From: Lama glama
Taxonomy: Eukaryota
Direction: 5' to 3'
Assembly (NCBI GenBank): GCA_028534125.1
Contig: CM052817.1
Coordinates: 34,722,001 to 34,786,000, forward strand
DNA: 64,000 nt
Part shown: one piece after another, positions 1-12,044 of the stretch
How positions within the stretch are numbered: position 1 is the stretch's first letter
How the letters are laid out: the number at the start of each line of letters is the position of its first letter
Position numbers and translations under genes: made by a program
Notes under the pieces: model-generated
Seen by the model: only the letters and a program-made list of their open reading frames with translations
Told to the model about the DNA's origin: nothing
The model's database searches: none

Positions 1-183
1 ATAGGCAATCTGCCCAAAGATATCATCATGTGAGGGAACCACTGGCCATTCTACTCTGTGAAGGTGTTTCTTCTCTAAATTAGGGGCTTTAATGTACGAA
101 ACATGAACTATGCAATCCACTGCAGTCAAGGCTTGTCCTCAAAGATACAACATTTAGTAATCTTCCTAAAGGAAATGACAATA

Positions 184-613
184 TTTTTGAAGTATAGTTG
201 ATTTATAATGTTGTGTTAGTTTCTAATGTACAGTAGAGTGATTCAGTTATACACATATATATTCTTTTTCATTATAGGTTATTACAAGATATTGAATATA
301 GTTTTCTGTGTTATACAGTAGGATCTTGTTGTTCACCTATTTTACATATAGTAGTTTGTATCTGCTAATCCCAATCCTAATTTATCCTTCCCCCCTCTTT
401 CCCCTTTGGTAACCATAAGTTTATTTTCTATGTCTGTGAGTCTCTGTTTTGTAAATAAGTTCATTTGTAACATTTTCTAGATTCCACATATAAGTGATAT
501 CATATGATATTTGTCTTTCTCTGACTTATTTCACTTAGTATGATAATCTCTAGGTCCATCCATGTTGTTGCAAATGGCATTATTTCACTCTTTTTATGGC
601 TGAGTAGTATTCC

Positions 614-659
<46 letters not shown>

Positions 660-889
660 ACATCTTCTTTATCCATTCATCTGTTAATGGATATTTAGAA
701 TACTTCCATGTCTTGGCTATTGTAAATAGTGCTGCTATGAACACTGGGGTGCATGTACCTTTTCCAATTAGTGTTTTCTCCGAATGCATGCCCAGGAATA
801 GTATTGCTAGATCACAAATCTCTTTTTAGTTTTTTAAGGAATCTCCATACTGCTTTCCATAGTAGCACCAAATGCTGCACCAAATAACA
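184..889 (-). mobile_element. 5'-truncated L1 (ORF2 C-terminus + 3'UTR), cetartiodactyl/camelid type, with internal (CA)n
   Basis: ORF 580..789(-) reads ...GTCTPVFIAALFTIAKTWK...PLTDEWIKKMW...MEYYSAIK, the L1 ORF2 C-terminus. Typical L1 3'UTR in reverse at 188-540. TSD aaaggaaat(g/t)aca at 168-180 and 890-902. Confidence 0.9.
617..658. repeat. (CA)n microsatellite
   Basis: Pure AC run read directly. Confidence 0.97.
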
Positions 890-902
890 AAAGGAAATTA
901 CA

Positions 903-1038
903 GGGGAGAGTAAAGCTGAGCAGTGGAGTACATGCCTAGCATGCATGAGGTCCAGGGTTCAATCCCCAGTATCTCCATTAAATGAACAAACCTAATTATC
1001 TCCTCTCCACCACCACCAAAAAAAAAAAAAAAAAAAAT
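903..1038 (+). mobile_element. tRNA-derived SINE, Vic-1-like (camelid)
   Basis: GGGGAG start, degenerate A box, B box GGTTCAATCC, A tail. TSD aaaggaaattaca (890-902) / agaggaaattaca (1039-1051). Confidence 0.9.
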
Positions 1039-1559
1039 AGAGGAAATTACAATTTGGTAAAGGACCCCAAACCCAGACTCAAATAGCTGTATGACAAGGC
1101 CTATTGGGATAGTGCTCTATCAGAAATACAGAGAGGCAAGAAAATAACTCTGATAGGCAAAGTGAAAAAATAATGGCTATCACTTTTAAGTTCTTTATAT
1201 CCATGAAGCATGTGTGCAAGGCCAGATTATAGAGTCTGGTCCAGGTTCAAGAATGGATGAGAACAGATTTGATTCAAGAATTCTTGTACTTCGATTTATT
1301 CCCAAAGAAGTAAAAGAGTAATATAAAGGATGTAAATGACATAAGGATGTGGGCAGGTGGAGGGGGGTCTGGCTTCCCATTGCCCTCCTTGTGTCTCCTG
1401 GAGGCACACTGAAAGATCACTAGTCTCAGCTGCCTATGTCAGGTGAGACATCAGTGAAAACAGAGAAGCCTGGAAATAGTGGGCTCGATGCTTTTTATAC
1501 CCCCAGCAGGTCAAGAAAAGAAAAGAAATGATTCATGTATTACAAGTTTTTTCCTGCAT

Positions 1560-2010
1560 AAACCAGGCTGCTCTGGATGTTCTTGTACATGGCCCTTGGT
1601 ACAAATGTGCGAGAGCTTTCTGAGTTATACCCCTAGCAGCAGAGTTATTAGGTCATAGGGGATAATCTAGTTAAACCCTAAATTGTTTTCCAATGTGTTG
1701 TTCCAATTTACACTCCACCAGCAGTGCGTGAAGTTTCCGTTGTTGTACATCCTTGCAAAAATCTTTGCCTGTCTGGTGGATGTGGCATCTCATTGTGGAT
1801 TTAATTTGCAATGTCCACTGCTAATAGGGCTGAGTATCTTTTCACAAATGTATTGGCATTATTGTTTTATCTTCAGTTCATTTGTTTCTTTTGCTCATTT
1901 TTCCCCATTAGGTTGTTAGTTTTCTTCTTACCCATTATAGAAATGCTTTACGTATCTGGAGCTTTTGTTGGTTAAATGTGTAGCCATTATTTCCTCCCTA
2001 TTCATGGCTT
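1560..2010 (-). mobile_element. Old L1 fragment (L1M/L1ME-like ORF2 3' region)
   Basis: Contains ttccaatttacactccaccagcagtgcgtg and cattgtggattttaatttgca, antisense L1 ORF2 motifs, highly diverged. Confidence 0.7.
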
Positions 2011-2639
2011 TTCCTTTACTTACTGTATATGAGTCATTATTTTTGCAGAACTGGTTAAGAAAAACTTGCAGATAAGAGATGAATTGGGGAATGAGGGAAA
2101 ACAGACACTAGGAGCAAAGGTTGGGGAATCCCACAAATGACTAAATAGAAGGAAGCTAATTCCAAAGGTCTTCTTTTGTTCAAATATTCCATTTAGAAGT
2201 TCACATTCATTTGAATTGAGATTATACATCAGTATATACCCCCAGGTGTAGTGCAGCATCTAAAGCATTTCCACTTACTCTGTTCAAGACTGAAAGTTTG
2301 ATTCTGGGTACCATGATGATTCTTCTCACCTATTCATCTCTTGGAAATTGGCAACTGGACATTGCTTTCTGCTTACAACCTGTAAAAATGAAGTCTCAGT
2401 TAGAACATAGACTTGCAAATCAGTGAGACATGTTAGCTTACAATAGAAAAGTCATCACAGAGAGCATTAGGAAGGGGAGGATGGTTGAACGTCAGGAGAA
2501 TGGGAGAGTCAGCAATAGACAGAAACTCAGTCAGGCAGCAGTTGGCAATAGCAAAGTCCAGTAATATGTAAAGAGATCCAGCTTTAGGAGCTGAGACTAG
2601 GGGCAAGAGCTGGAAGATTTAGAGGTTAGGCAAGATAGA

Positions 2640-2980
2640 CATGCATTCCTTCAAATATGAATTGAGCACCTTCTAGGCTCCCTTCTAGAAGCTGGGCATG
2701 TAGCAGTGATCAAGTCGTTAAAGTCTCTGCCTTCATGGAACTGACAGATTTTCAAGGAAAGGCAGATAGTAAGCAAGTTAACAAAAGATTTTCAGATAGT
2801 AGTAAATGCTACAAGGAAATTAAAACAGGGTAATGAAATAATAGAAGGTGGCTGGGAGTTGGGGGTAAGGTACTTGACACAGGATTATCATGGGTTGCCT
2901 CTCTGAGGGAGATGATACAAGAGGCCTAAAAGATGAGAAGAAACCAGTCATGGAAAGATCCTGTGAAAAAAGAGCCCCAG
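2640..2980 (-). mobile_element. L2 3' fragment
   Basis: cattccttcaaatatgaattgagcacc...ctctgccttcatggaactgacag matches the reversed L2 3' end. Confidence 0.65.
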
Positions 2981-3275
2981 GGATGAAACTTGAAAACATT
3001 CCTCTTACTGAAAGAAGCCAGAAACAAAAGGCTACATATTGTATGATTCCATTTATACATAATACCCAGAAGAGGCAACTCCATAGAGACAGAAAATAGA
3101 TTAGTGGTTTCCAGGGGCTGTGGAAAGAGAACAGTGACTGTTAATAAGTATGGGGGTTCCTTCTGAATGATGAAATCATTCTCGAATTAGAGAGTGGTGA
3201 TGTGAATATACTAAAAACCACTGAATTCTACATTTTTAAAGGATGAATTTTATGGCATGTCAATTATATCACAAT
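2981..3275 (+). mobile_element. L1MB-like 3' end
   Basis: ggatgaaacttgaaaacatt...atattgtatgattccattt...gattagtggtttccagggg...aattatatcacaat. Confidence 0.8.
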
Positions 3276-3559
3276 TTTTTTTAAAGAAATAAATCTTCCT
3301 TTTTAAAAGATACAATAATAATGACCTGTTGCAAAGGATGGTGGCAGTCTATGCAATTTAGCATAAGAAAAATATGTCTATTTTTGACATGAAGTATCCA
3401 AATATTGTCATTTAATTCCTGGATGTTCTTGGTAACTATGAAAAATCCTCTTCTCAAACTTTGTGAAGGTATTCACCTAAGACACGTCTGTATCAATCAC
3501 CATGCTATAGTCACTAGCTGTAATTTTTCAGGACAGAAAATACTTCCTAAAACCAAGAT

Positions 3560-3750
3560 GGAGATGCATACTACTATAAATAAAATAAGCAACAAGGATC
3601 TACTGCACAGCACAGGGAACTGTATTCAATATCTTATAATAACTTATAATGGAAAAGTATCTGAAAAAGAATAGATATGTATGTATGTATAACTGAATCA
3701 CTTTGTTGTATACCTGAATCACTGTAAATGAACTGTACTCCAATAAAAAA
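3560..3750 (+). mobile_element. L1 3'UTR fragment (cetartiodactyl type)
   Basis: aacaaggatctactgcacagcacagggaactgtattcaatatc...caataaaaaa, homologous to 7380-7565. Confidence 0.85.
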
Positions 3751-3804
3751 AGAGAAGTTTGAAAAGAAAAAAGGAGAAGTTTGATAATACTTTAAAAAAA
3801 TCCA

Positions 3805-3894
3805 TCATGTATGACTGAAAAATTGTGCTGTACACCAGAAACTGACACAACATTGTAAACTGACTATAACTCAATTAAAAATAATAATAATAAT
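3805..3894 (+). mobile_element. Very short L1 3' terminus with (AAT)n tail
   Basis: gctgtacaccagaaactgacacaacattgtaaactgactataactcaattaaaa, preceded by a TTT/AAAA endonuclease-type site. Confidence 0.8.
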
Positions 3895-6800
3895 ATCCTT
3901 ACTGTCTTGGGCATCCCAGTCCTTAAGGCAAAAAAAAAAAAAAATCCAGGTGTGGAATGTTGGTTTTCATAGTCACTTTGATGTACCTGTTAGCTATGAA
4001 TAGCTTCATTATATAAATAATGGCAACTGGATACTATTTGTGAAATAATGATGACCTGTTCTGTCTAACTGTTTTACAGGATGCTCACTCATTCATTCGG
4101 TGAGCATTTATTAAGCCAATGTCAGCTGTAGGATTTAGAGACTCATAAAATGCTTACAATTCTGTGTCCTGTTCTATCTTTTCTAAGACCATCTGCACCT
4201 TGTCATGAATCTTCCCAGTTTCCTGTTATTTACTGCCTATGCTCATGCAGGATGATCCATTTAGAACTACCACCCTATTTTTCTAATTTGAAATAGAGAA
4301 AATTTTTGTTTAAGGGCATCTACAAGTGAAGAATAAAGTTCTGCTGAGATTGTGGAAGTTAAAAGAAAACTACTGCAAAAACTCAATTTAGCCTATGGTC
4401 TCTAAGTAAAACTTAGAGCAGAAGCCAATTGTAGGGCTACAGAGCTCAGACTCAAGGGGAGATTGTCATTTGTGGCAGTTACAAACAAATGACCAAATGA
4501 TTGGGGATCTATTTGATTTTGAAGACAGGTATATATTATTTAGTGACAAGTATACCTTTCAGCTCTCTCCACAGAGATCTCTGGAATCTGGATGAAATTC
4601 CCAGTTTAGAAATTGCTTTGCCTTTTCTTTGAACAATAATGTTTCATGAGTTTTATAGTAACTCCAATAATCCTAATTATTCCTTATCCTACTTACGTCT
4701 TCAAACTAGGTAGATGCAACCTCTCTGTTTCCAGGAAAATCTCTTAATTTAGAAAGACTTTTGGATGAACTACACTGTATTGTGAAATCAACCCAGAAGA
4801 AACACTTTTCTAAAAGACAATGAAAGAATAATGAATACAGAGAAATGGAGGACCACAGAGCAAATACATCTACATTTCTTAAGACTTACTATTGTAGGAT
4901 GATTAACTTTATCCTGATAACGATGTAGCAGCTCACAAAATTTAAAAAATACAACATCCTTTATAGAAGAGGATAACTTTTCTTATTTTCTCTAATTACT
5001 TGATAAAATTTATTTTGAACAATTTACAGGAATAATAAGCAACATTATTAAAAAGTCCTTCCCCTTGATGTTGCTTTCAGGTTTATCCAATGCACATAGT
5101 GACTGTCATGTGGACTAATGGCTAATAAAAGATCTGTATGTCCAAGAGACATTCTTGCTAATGTTTTTGCAAAAGGAACTAGGTTTCATCTCTTCAATCT
5201 CTTGAGGTCAGGAGATGTTGTGGGTGGAGATACTGTCACTGAATTCTTTACACACAGACCAGGGAAAGTTTGACATGCAGTCTGAAAACAGCCTAGATTT
5301 ATCTCAGAGAGCCTTTAGAGATAAATTTCTTTGGGGAAAAGTAATAAGAGAATTTTTTAAAAAGCAAAAAGTCAATAACTTTTTGCAGTTACATCAATGC
5401 CCACAAGGCTAGATTTTCACATGATAGATGTTCTGAGGGTAAAGCCGTTATAGAAAAACAGCACCATTATTGCTAATTTGAAACATGACATTAAAAAAAA
5501 TTCCAATCCTTTGAAGGCAGAATCGTCCTTTGTTCCTTAAATTGCAATTAAAATATTAATACGTACTAATGAAAGATTTATTAGATTTTCTTGACATGTT
5601 TATGAATCACATCACGGCAAAGCTGGCAGCAAAATAGATACTTCCAGACGTATGAGGTAAAAACGGAAACTAAAATTAAATGGTAGCTATAAAAATACAA
5701 GGATAGATCAAGTAAAATTTATTATTTCTACACGGTAAGTTGTATAACAATTTTTATCACTAGACTGGTTTTTCAATCTATTTAAAAATGAATCAAAACA
5801 TTGTTGTATTTTCTAAAGACATCTGGTATTTACAAAAATACATAATTTCTTTACATAGGCATGTTAAAATCAAAATTTTTACTGTATTTGGTCAAAGGTA
5901 ATTGAAAGAAATAAAGAGAAAAAAATCAGCATGATTTGATCTTTTATTTAAAAAATTCTAAAATAATCAGAACAGAGCTGAAATGAGTTCTGAGATATAA
6001 AAACAAATGACATTTCATTTAGTATCATCAAAGGAGTAATCACTACTCATTTTATCTCTAGCGTCTCAAATAATTTTAACTCAAAGTTGTATATGTATGT
6101 ATGTCATGTTGCTGTAAAATAAATACTAGATGATACTATTTTGAGAAATTTAAGACACTTCCAAGAAGAATAAAATTAGCCAAAATCGAGTAGTTTTTTT
6201 CTCTTTGTTCATCTGTGAAATAATCAAATCCCTTTTTTTCAAAAATTAGTCAGAGGTCCTTTTTCTATATTTTCACCCATTACTAACATATGCAAGCTAC
6301 TTTCAATCTTTCTCAGTTTCAACTCCAGTTTAAGAATTTTTAAACAGCTTAAAAGGAAAAAGCAGAAGTAGACAGTATATTTACTTCTTAGAGAAAAGTG
6401 AAAAATAAAATTAAGACAATTATTTTCTGAACTCAGTATGTGTCCAAGCAGGTCACCCCTGATATCCTCATCATGGCATCCATATGTCTGATGGTTCAAC
6501 TACCAAGGGCAGTTGTAGCTGCTCCAACAAAATCATATGAGCTTCTTTTCCTCATTCTTCTATCCTTCTATAGTTTTATTCTCTTTAAGAATATATCAAA
6601 GAATTACCTTCAACTCCTATCCTATCCCGGCATATCGTTATCATTCTATCATATAATGGAGACCTTCAGGACTATTGAGTTAATTCTACACTGGGCAAAG
6701 CATTCAAGGCAAATATGTTACCTTATCAATGGTGTCTTCCTTCTCTGATTACCTGAGAGTAAAGAGCACCCTCTTCATCTGAGCATTTCCTGTCACTTTT

Positions 6801-7009
6801 ACACAGCTTTTTCTCCTTTGTACTTATCACCTAACATACCATACTAGGTATCTCTATATAGTTGTTGGTTTGTTTATTATTTTTCTCTTTTCACTAGAAT
6901 GAGGACTCCAACTCAGGTCTTTAGTACTTTTATCTCTTTAAAAAATACTTACTTTGGATTCACTTTCGTATTGTTTTGTAACTCAAGTTCTTGGTGTTAA
7001 GAGTACTTG

Positions 7010-7565
7010 ATGTGAAGACACAGAAGCAACCTAAATGTCTATCAACATCAACAGATAAATGGATAAAGAAGATGTGGGATATATATACAGTAGAATATTA
7101 CTCAGCCTTAAAAAAAATGAAATGATGCCATTTGTGGCAACATGGATTGACCTAGAGGTAATCATATTGAGTGAAGTAAGTCAGACAGAGAAAGACAAAT
7201 ATCATATGATACTTCTAATATATGTAATCTAAAAAAATGATACAAATGAACTTATTTACAAACCAGAAATAGACTCACAGACATAGAAAACAAACTATGA
7301 TTACCAAAGGGGAAAGGAGTTGGTGGGGGAGGGATAAATTAGGAGTTTGGAATTATCATATACACACTACTATATATAAAATAGATAAACAACAAGGACC
7401 TACTGTATAGCACAGGGAACTATATTCAATATCTTGTAGTAACCTATAATGGAAGACTGAAGAAGAACATGTATATATATACACACACATGTATAAACTG
7501 AATCACTTTGCTGTACACCTGAAACTAACACAACATTGTAAATCAACTATACTTCAATTAAAAAA
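7010..7565 (+). mobile_element. 5'-truncated L1 with perfect TSD, inserted in an L2 remnant
   Basis: L1 ORF2 end, 3'UTR and A tail. TSD aagagtacttg at 6999-7009 and 7566-7576. L2-like sequence on both sides (about 6660-6910 and 7577-7610). Confidence 0.92.
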
Positions 7566-7917
7566 AAGAGTACTTGGCATGTAGTAGGCACAAAAATATA
7601 TATAAATAAGGAAAATTTAAAAACTGTTTTATAGAACTTTTATTTATGCTAGTATACAACCTTTAAGCATACATTTATTGTATAAATGGTGATACACCCT
7701 AAAGCTATATTGAAATGATGAAGTGATCTTTCACTGTATAAAGCTTTGCTTAGAATCTTCCTGAACTCTATTTCCTATTCTGTTTTAGTTGGTGTGGGAG
7801 ACTTGAGAACCTGGAATTTATAAAGAAAAGAGTCAATAAGCATATGGTAGAAAATAAAAATAAATATAGAAATGTTAGAAACAGGGATTATCTAACCAAG
7901 AGAGGAAGAGTTCTTGG

Positions 7918-8085
7918 AGGCAGTGTGACCTCATGATTGAGAACTTCAGCAGTGGAGCTGGACAGTCTGGCTGTGAGTCATGTAGCTCCATTTACTAGAT
8001 GGAAGACATTGGGATAATAATTGACCTTTAAAAGATCCAGCTTTGATTATTTGTGAAATGAGGGTGTATAATATTTTTGCTTGCA
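7918..8085 (+). mobile_element. MIR SINE
   Basis: gcagtgtgacc...ctccatttactag...ttgtgaaatgaggg, degenerate MIR core. Confidence 0.65.
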
Positions 8086-8751
8086 TAATATTCCTTTATG
8101 GGAAGGAAGACCATTCTTTGTTCTGCAAGAATCTCACACAGTTCAAGGATTGATCCCTGAATTTGCCTAGGAGCTATGGCAAGGGCTTTCTCTGTGAGTC
8201 TGACACATAAGGACCAGGTGGGTTACCACATGAAGAGAGACTGTCTTAGAAATGACACCAGGTAGTGACGAGAAATGGAGAGAGAAAGAGATTGAAGCTG
8301 TTACACATGCTGACATCTGCCTGTGCCTGGAGCCGGGTCCATCCCTTGGCATTCAGAGTTCCATAAATCAAGCATTTCCATTTTTCTTTTAAGCTGGGTT
8401 TCTGAAATTTGCACCAGTGACAGGCATGAAATAAGTGCACAATAAGTTTTACTATCTTGGTAATGATTAACAAATGGAGGATGAAAAGAAATCGTTAAAT
8501 AGAAGAGGGGGTTTTGAAAACTTCTCAAATTTACTCCATTTTTGTGTATTTCATAATGAGGAGTGGCAATGCCTAGAATAGGAAGAAGAGACAAGAAAGA
8601 GGAGAATTTATTTACTGCCATGAAACTTTCAAGATCCAGACCCACCAATTTTTTAGGAAGGCAGAAGGAAGAGAGGGAACAAATTACAACAATGGTCTTT
8701 TACCACCCAGACTTCTCACTAAACACACAACCCTAGCTCTCATAAACTTTT

Positions 8752-10506
8752 TAAACTTCTTATTTTGAAATAATTATAGATTCACAATAAGTTGCCCAGA
8801 AAAATTTACAGAGGTCCTATGTGTCCTTTGCTTAGTTCCTCCTAAAGGCAGTATCTTGTATAACTATAGAACAGTATCAAAATCAGGAAAGTGACACTGA
8901 TACAATCCATAGAGCTTATTCAGATTTTACCGGTTCTACCTGTTTTGTGTGTGTGTATGTGTCTGGAGTTCTATGAAATTTTATCAAATGCATAGATTCT
9001 CATAACCACCACCACAACCAAGACACAAAACAATTCCTTCACCACAAAGCTCCCTTGTGCTACTCTTTTATAGCCCCCTCCCCACCTCATTACTAACCGC
9101 AGCAGCCATCTATTTTTCCTATTATTTTGTTATTTTAAGAATGTTAAATAAATGGAATCATATGTTACCTTTAGAGAATAGTTTTTTTTCCCACTCAGCA
9201 TAATTCCCTTGAGAGCCATTCAAGTTGTTATATATCTGTTGATATCAACAGGTTGCTCTTTTTCATTATATCTCACTTATCCATGCACCTACAGAAGGGC
9301 ATCTAGTTTTTGGCTCTTATGAATAAAGCTGCTGCAAACATTTGTGTACAGGTTTTTGTGTTGATGTAAGTTTTCAATTCTCAGATAAATGCCCTAGAGT
9401 ACAATTGCTGGGTCATATGGTAAGTGCTTGTTTAATTTTATAAGAGACTGACAAATTATTTTCTAGAGTGATGGTACCATATTACTTTTCCATCAGCATA
9501 GAGTGATCTGGTTTCTCTATATCTTCTCCAGCAGTTGGTGTTATGGTTACTTATTTATTTATTTTGTATCTGAGCCATTCTCATGGGTGTACAGTGCTAT
9601 CTTGTTGTGGGTTTGATTTGCATTTCCCTAATAGCTATTGATGCTGTGTACCTTTTCATTTGCTTACTTGCCATCTGTGTGTTCTCATCAATGAAGTGTG
9701 TGTTAATGTCTTTTGTCCATTTTCTAATTAGATTGAGTTTTGAGAGCTCTTTATATATTCTAGATACAAGGACTTATGTTGAATATGTGATTCACAAATA
9801 TTTTCTTCCAGTTTGTAGCTTGGCTTTTCATCCTCCTCATAAAGAAAAAATCTTTTAACTCCTTTTTGAAATCTAGAATCATTTTATTTTTATTAAAAAA
9901 TTTTTATTGAGGTATAATTGATATATAATATTATATAAAGTTAAGGTTGTACAGCATAGTGATTTATAAAGGTTACTCCATTTATGCTTATTTTAAAATA
10001 TTGGCTATATCCCAATACGGTACAGTATATCCTTGTACCTTATTTATTTTATACATAGTAGTTTGTACCTCTTAATCCCCTACCCAATCTTGCCCCTTCC
10101 TCCTTCTCTCCCCAGTGGTAACCATGGTTTGTTCTTTATATCTGTGAGTCTGCTTCTTTTTTGTTATATTCACTAGTCTGTTGTTATTTTTTAGATTCCA
10201 CATATAAGTAATGTCATACAGTGCAAAGCTTTTAATTTTGATGAGATCTAATTTATCACATTTTTCCTTTTATGAATCATGCTTTTGGTCTCAAGTCTGA
10301 AAGCTTTTCACCTACTTGTAGGCTCTGAAGATTTTCTCTTATATTCTTTCCTAAAAGTTTTATATTTTTATATTTTATACTTAATTAAGTCTGTGATTAT
10401 TTATAAGTTAATTTTTACATAAGGTACAAAGTTTAACTTGAGGTTCTTTTTTTTTTTTTTCCACCTGTGGATATCCAGTTACTCCAGCACTATTTTTTTA
10501 AAAGGT
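8752..10506 (-). mobile_element. Ancient L1 (L1MC/L1MD-like 3' end + ORF2 part) interrupted by a younger L1
   Basis: ttattttgaaataattatagattcaca 3' end. Antisense ORF2 motifs to 9850, resuming at 10223. TSD tctcataaactttt at 8738-8751 and 10507-10520. Confidence 0.85.
9880..10222 (-). mobile_element. Nested younger L1 3'UTR
   Basis: tttattgaggtataattgatat...tagattccacatataagt, homologous to 188-500 and 27300-27540. Confidence 0.85.
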
Positions 10507-11521
10507 TCTCATAAACTTTTAAGAACATTAAGCTGCCTTTGATTGTGTTTTCATCCTTTTGGTATTATTTTCAAGGCTGTTCAGAAAGTAGATAACTACT
10601 TTTTATTCAAAAGTCACTTTTAGGATAATCTCATTTGCTTTGATTTGATTTTACTGCATCTGCAGCCTCTGAAAACTGTTTTTGCTGACAGATCAATTGC
10701 ATCTCATTACATCTCAGGAAAGGGAACAGCAGCCCTCTCAAAAAAACAGAAATGCTGTGACATTTTCCAGACCTCCCCCCCAAAAAATGCTACTTGTAAA
10801 AATAATACCCAGGTCCCAGGATTCCCATCATTTAACATAACTTCTTCTTCCTTAACAAAACCTGGCATTTACAAGGGCATTAATGAGATCGTAGAAAAAT
10901 CAAGGCCTCAAGTGTTACATCGAAACTGTTTTCAAAAAGACCATGTAAGGAGTCAGTCAGTTTACAATAAGTGTAGAACAAAACACATGCTTGGACATGA
11001 CCTCATTTTGAAGAAAATATACTCAGTTTAGAACCTGAAAATGTCAAAGGAAAGAGCTATGTAACCCTTCTGTCAACTGGAAAACTACACTGGAGAGCGA
11101 ATGTGGATGGCTCTGTAGATGGATGGAATTATACAGTATCTTTTCCTTGCATCTAACACAAAGACTTCTACAATCTTCAGAAAAATTTGAGCGGGTTTGT
11201 GAATATCCTAGAGAAAGAAATCAATCCATCAAATATAGGCAAATTATATACTGCTATTACATACGTGTGTCTTTTACTGAATTGTGGCTTAGGTGTTAAC
11301 ATGACAGAATAGCATCCATCGGATAGCATGCATGGGGCTTCAGAATTCAATTTGGTTGATTTACTAAGATTTATAGCTGCAAATTTGACCGTTTCCTCAG
11401 CAATGTATGCTGTGGAAGAATAATAATAGTAATAACAATAATCATAATAGCTACTGAACTTTATATATATTATTTCACTAAGAGGTAGTTGCAAAAAAAA
11501 ATAAAAAGAAATACATCAAGA

Positions 11522-11649
11522 GGGGAGGGTATAGCTCAAGTGGTAGAGTGCAAGCTTAGCATGCATGATTCTTGGGTTCAATCCCCAGTACCTCCTCTAA
11601 AAATAAATAAATAAACCTAATTACTCACCCCCTCAAAAAAGTTAAAAGA
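11522..11649 (+). mobile_element. Vic-1-like SINE
   Basis: ggggagggtatagctcaagtggtagag (A box), gggttcaatccc (B box). TSD gaaatacatcaa at 11508-11519 and 11650-11661. Confidence 0.93.
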
Positions 11650-12044
11650 GAAATACATCAAAATGGTGATGTGGTTGTTTTTATTTTATCTTCTCTCATT
11701 TTCCCCTGTTTTACAATGTGGTTAAGTTACTCTTTAAAATTAGAAATACACATTCATATTCAAAAGATCATCAAGCTATACACTGGACACTTTGCATTTT
11801 ATTATATGTAAATTATTTCTTAAAAAATCACTGAAAAAATAGAGTGAAGGAAATGCATGTGCAAAATACACACTGCCTATAAATCAATTTTGTTATTTTT
11901 CTTGAGAAAAAAAAAAGACTGGAGAGACATACCAATTAAGGGCAATGTATAAAATTTATTTAACTAATTAAACAAATCAATTATATATAAATAATTAGGG
12001 GATTCAGAACTGGATATTCTATAGTATTAGGGAATTATTGTCAT

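Noticed and set aside
5081..5130. Plus-strand terminal-exon-like segment (ttgctttcag|G...AATAAA)
   Set aside because: Very short, no linked upstream exon, and such signals are common in AT-rich DNA.
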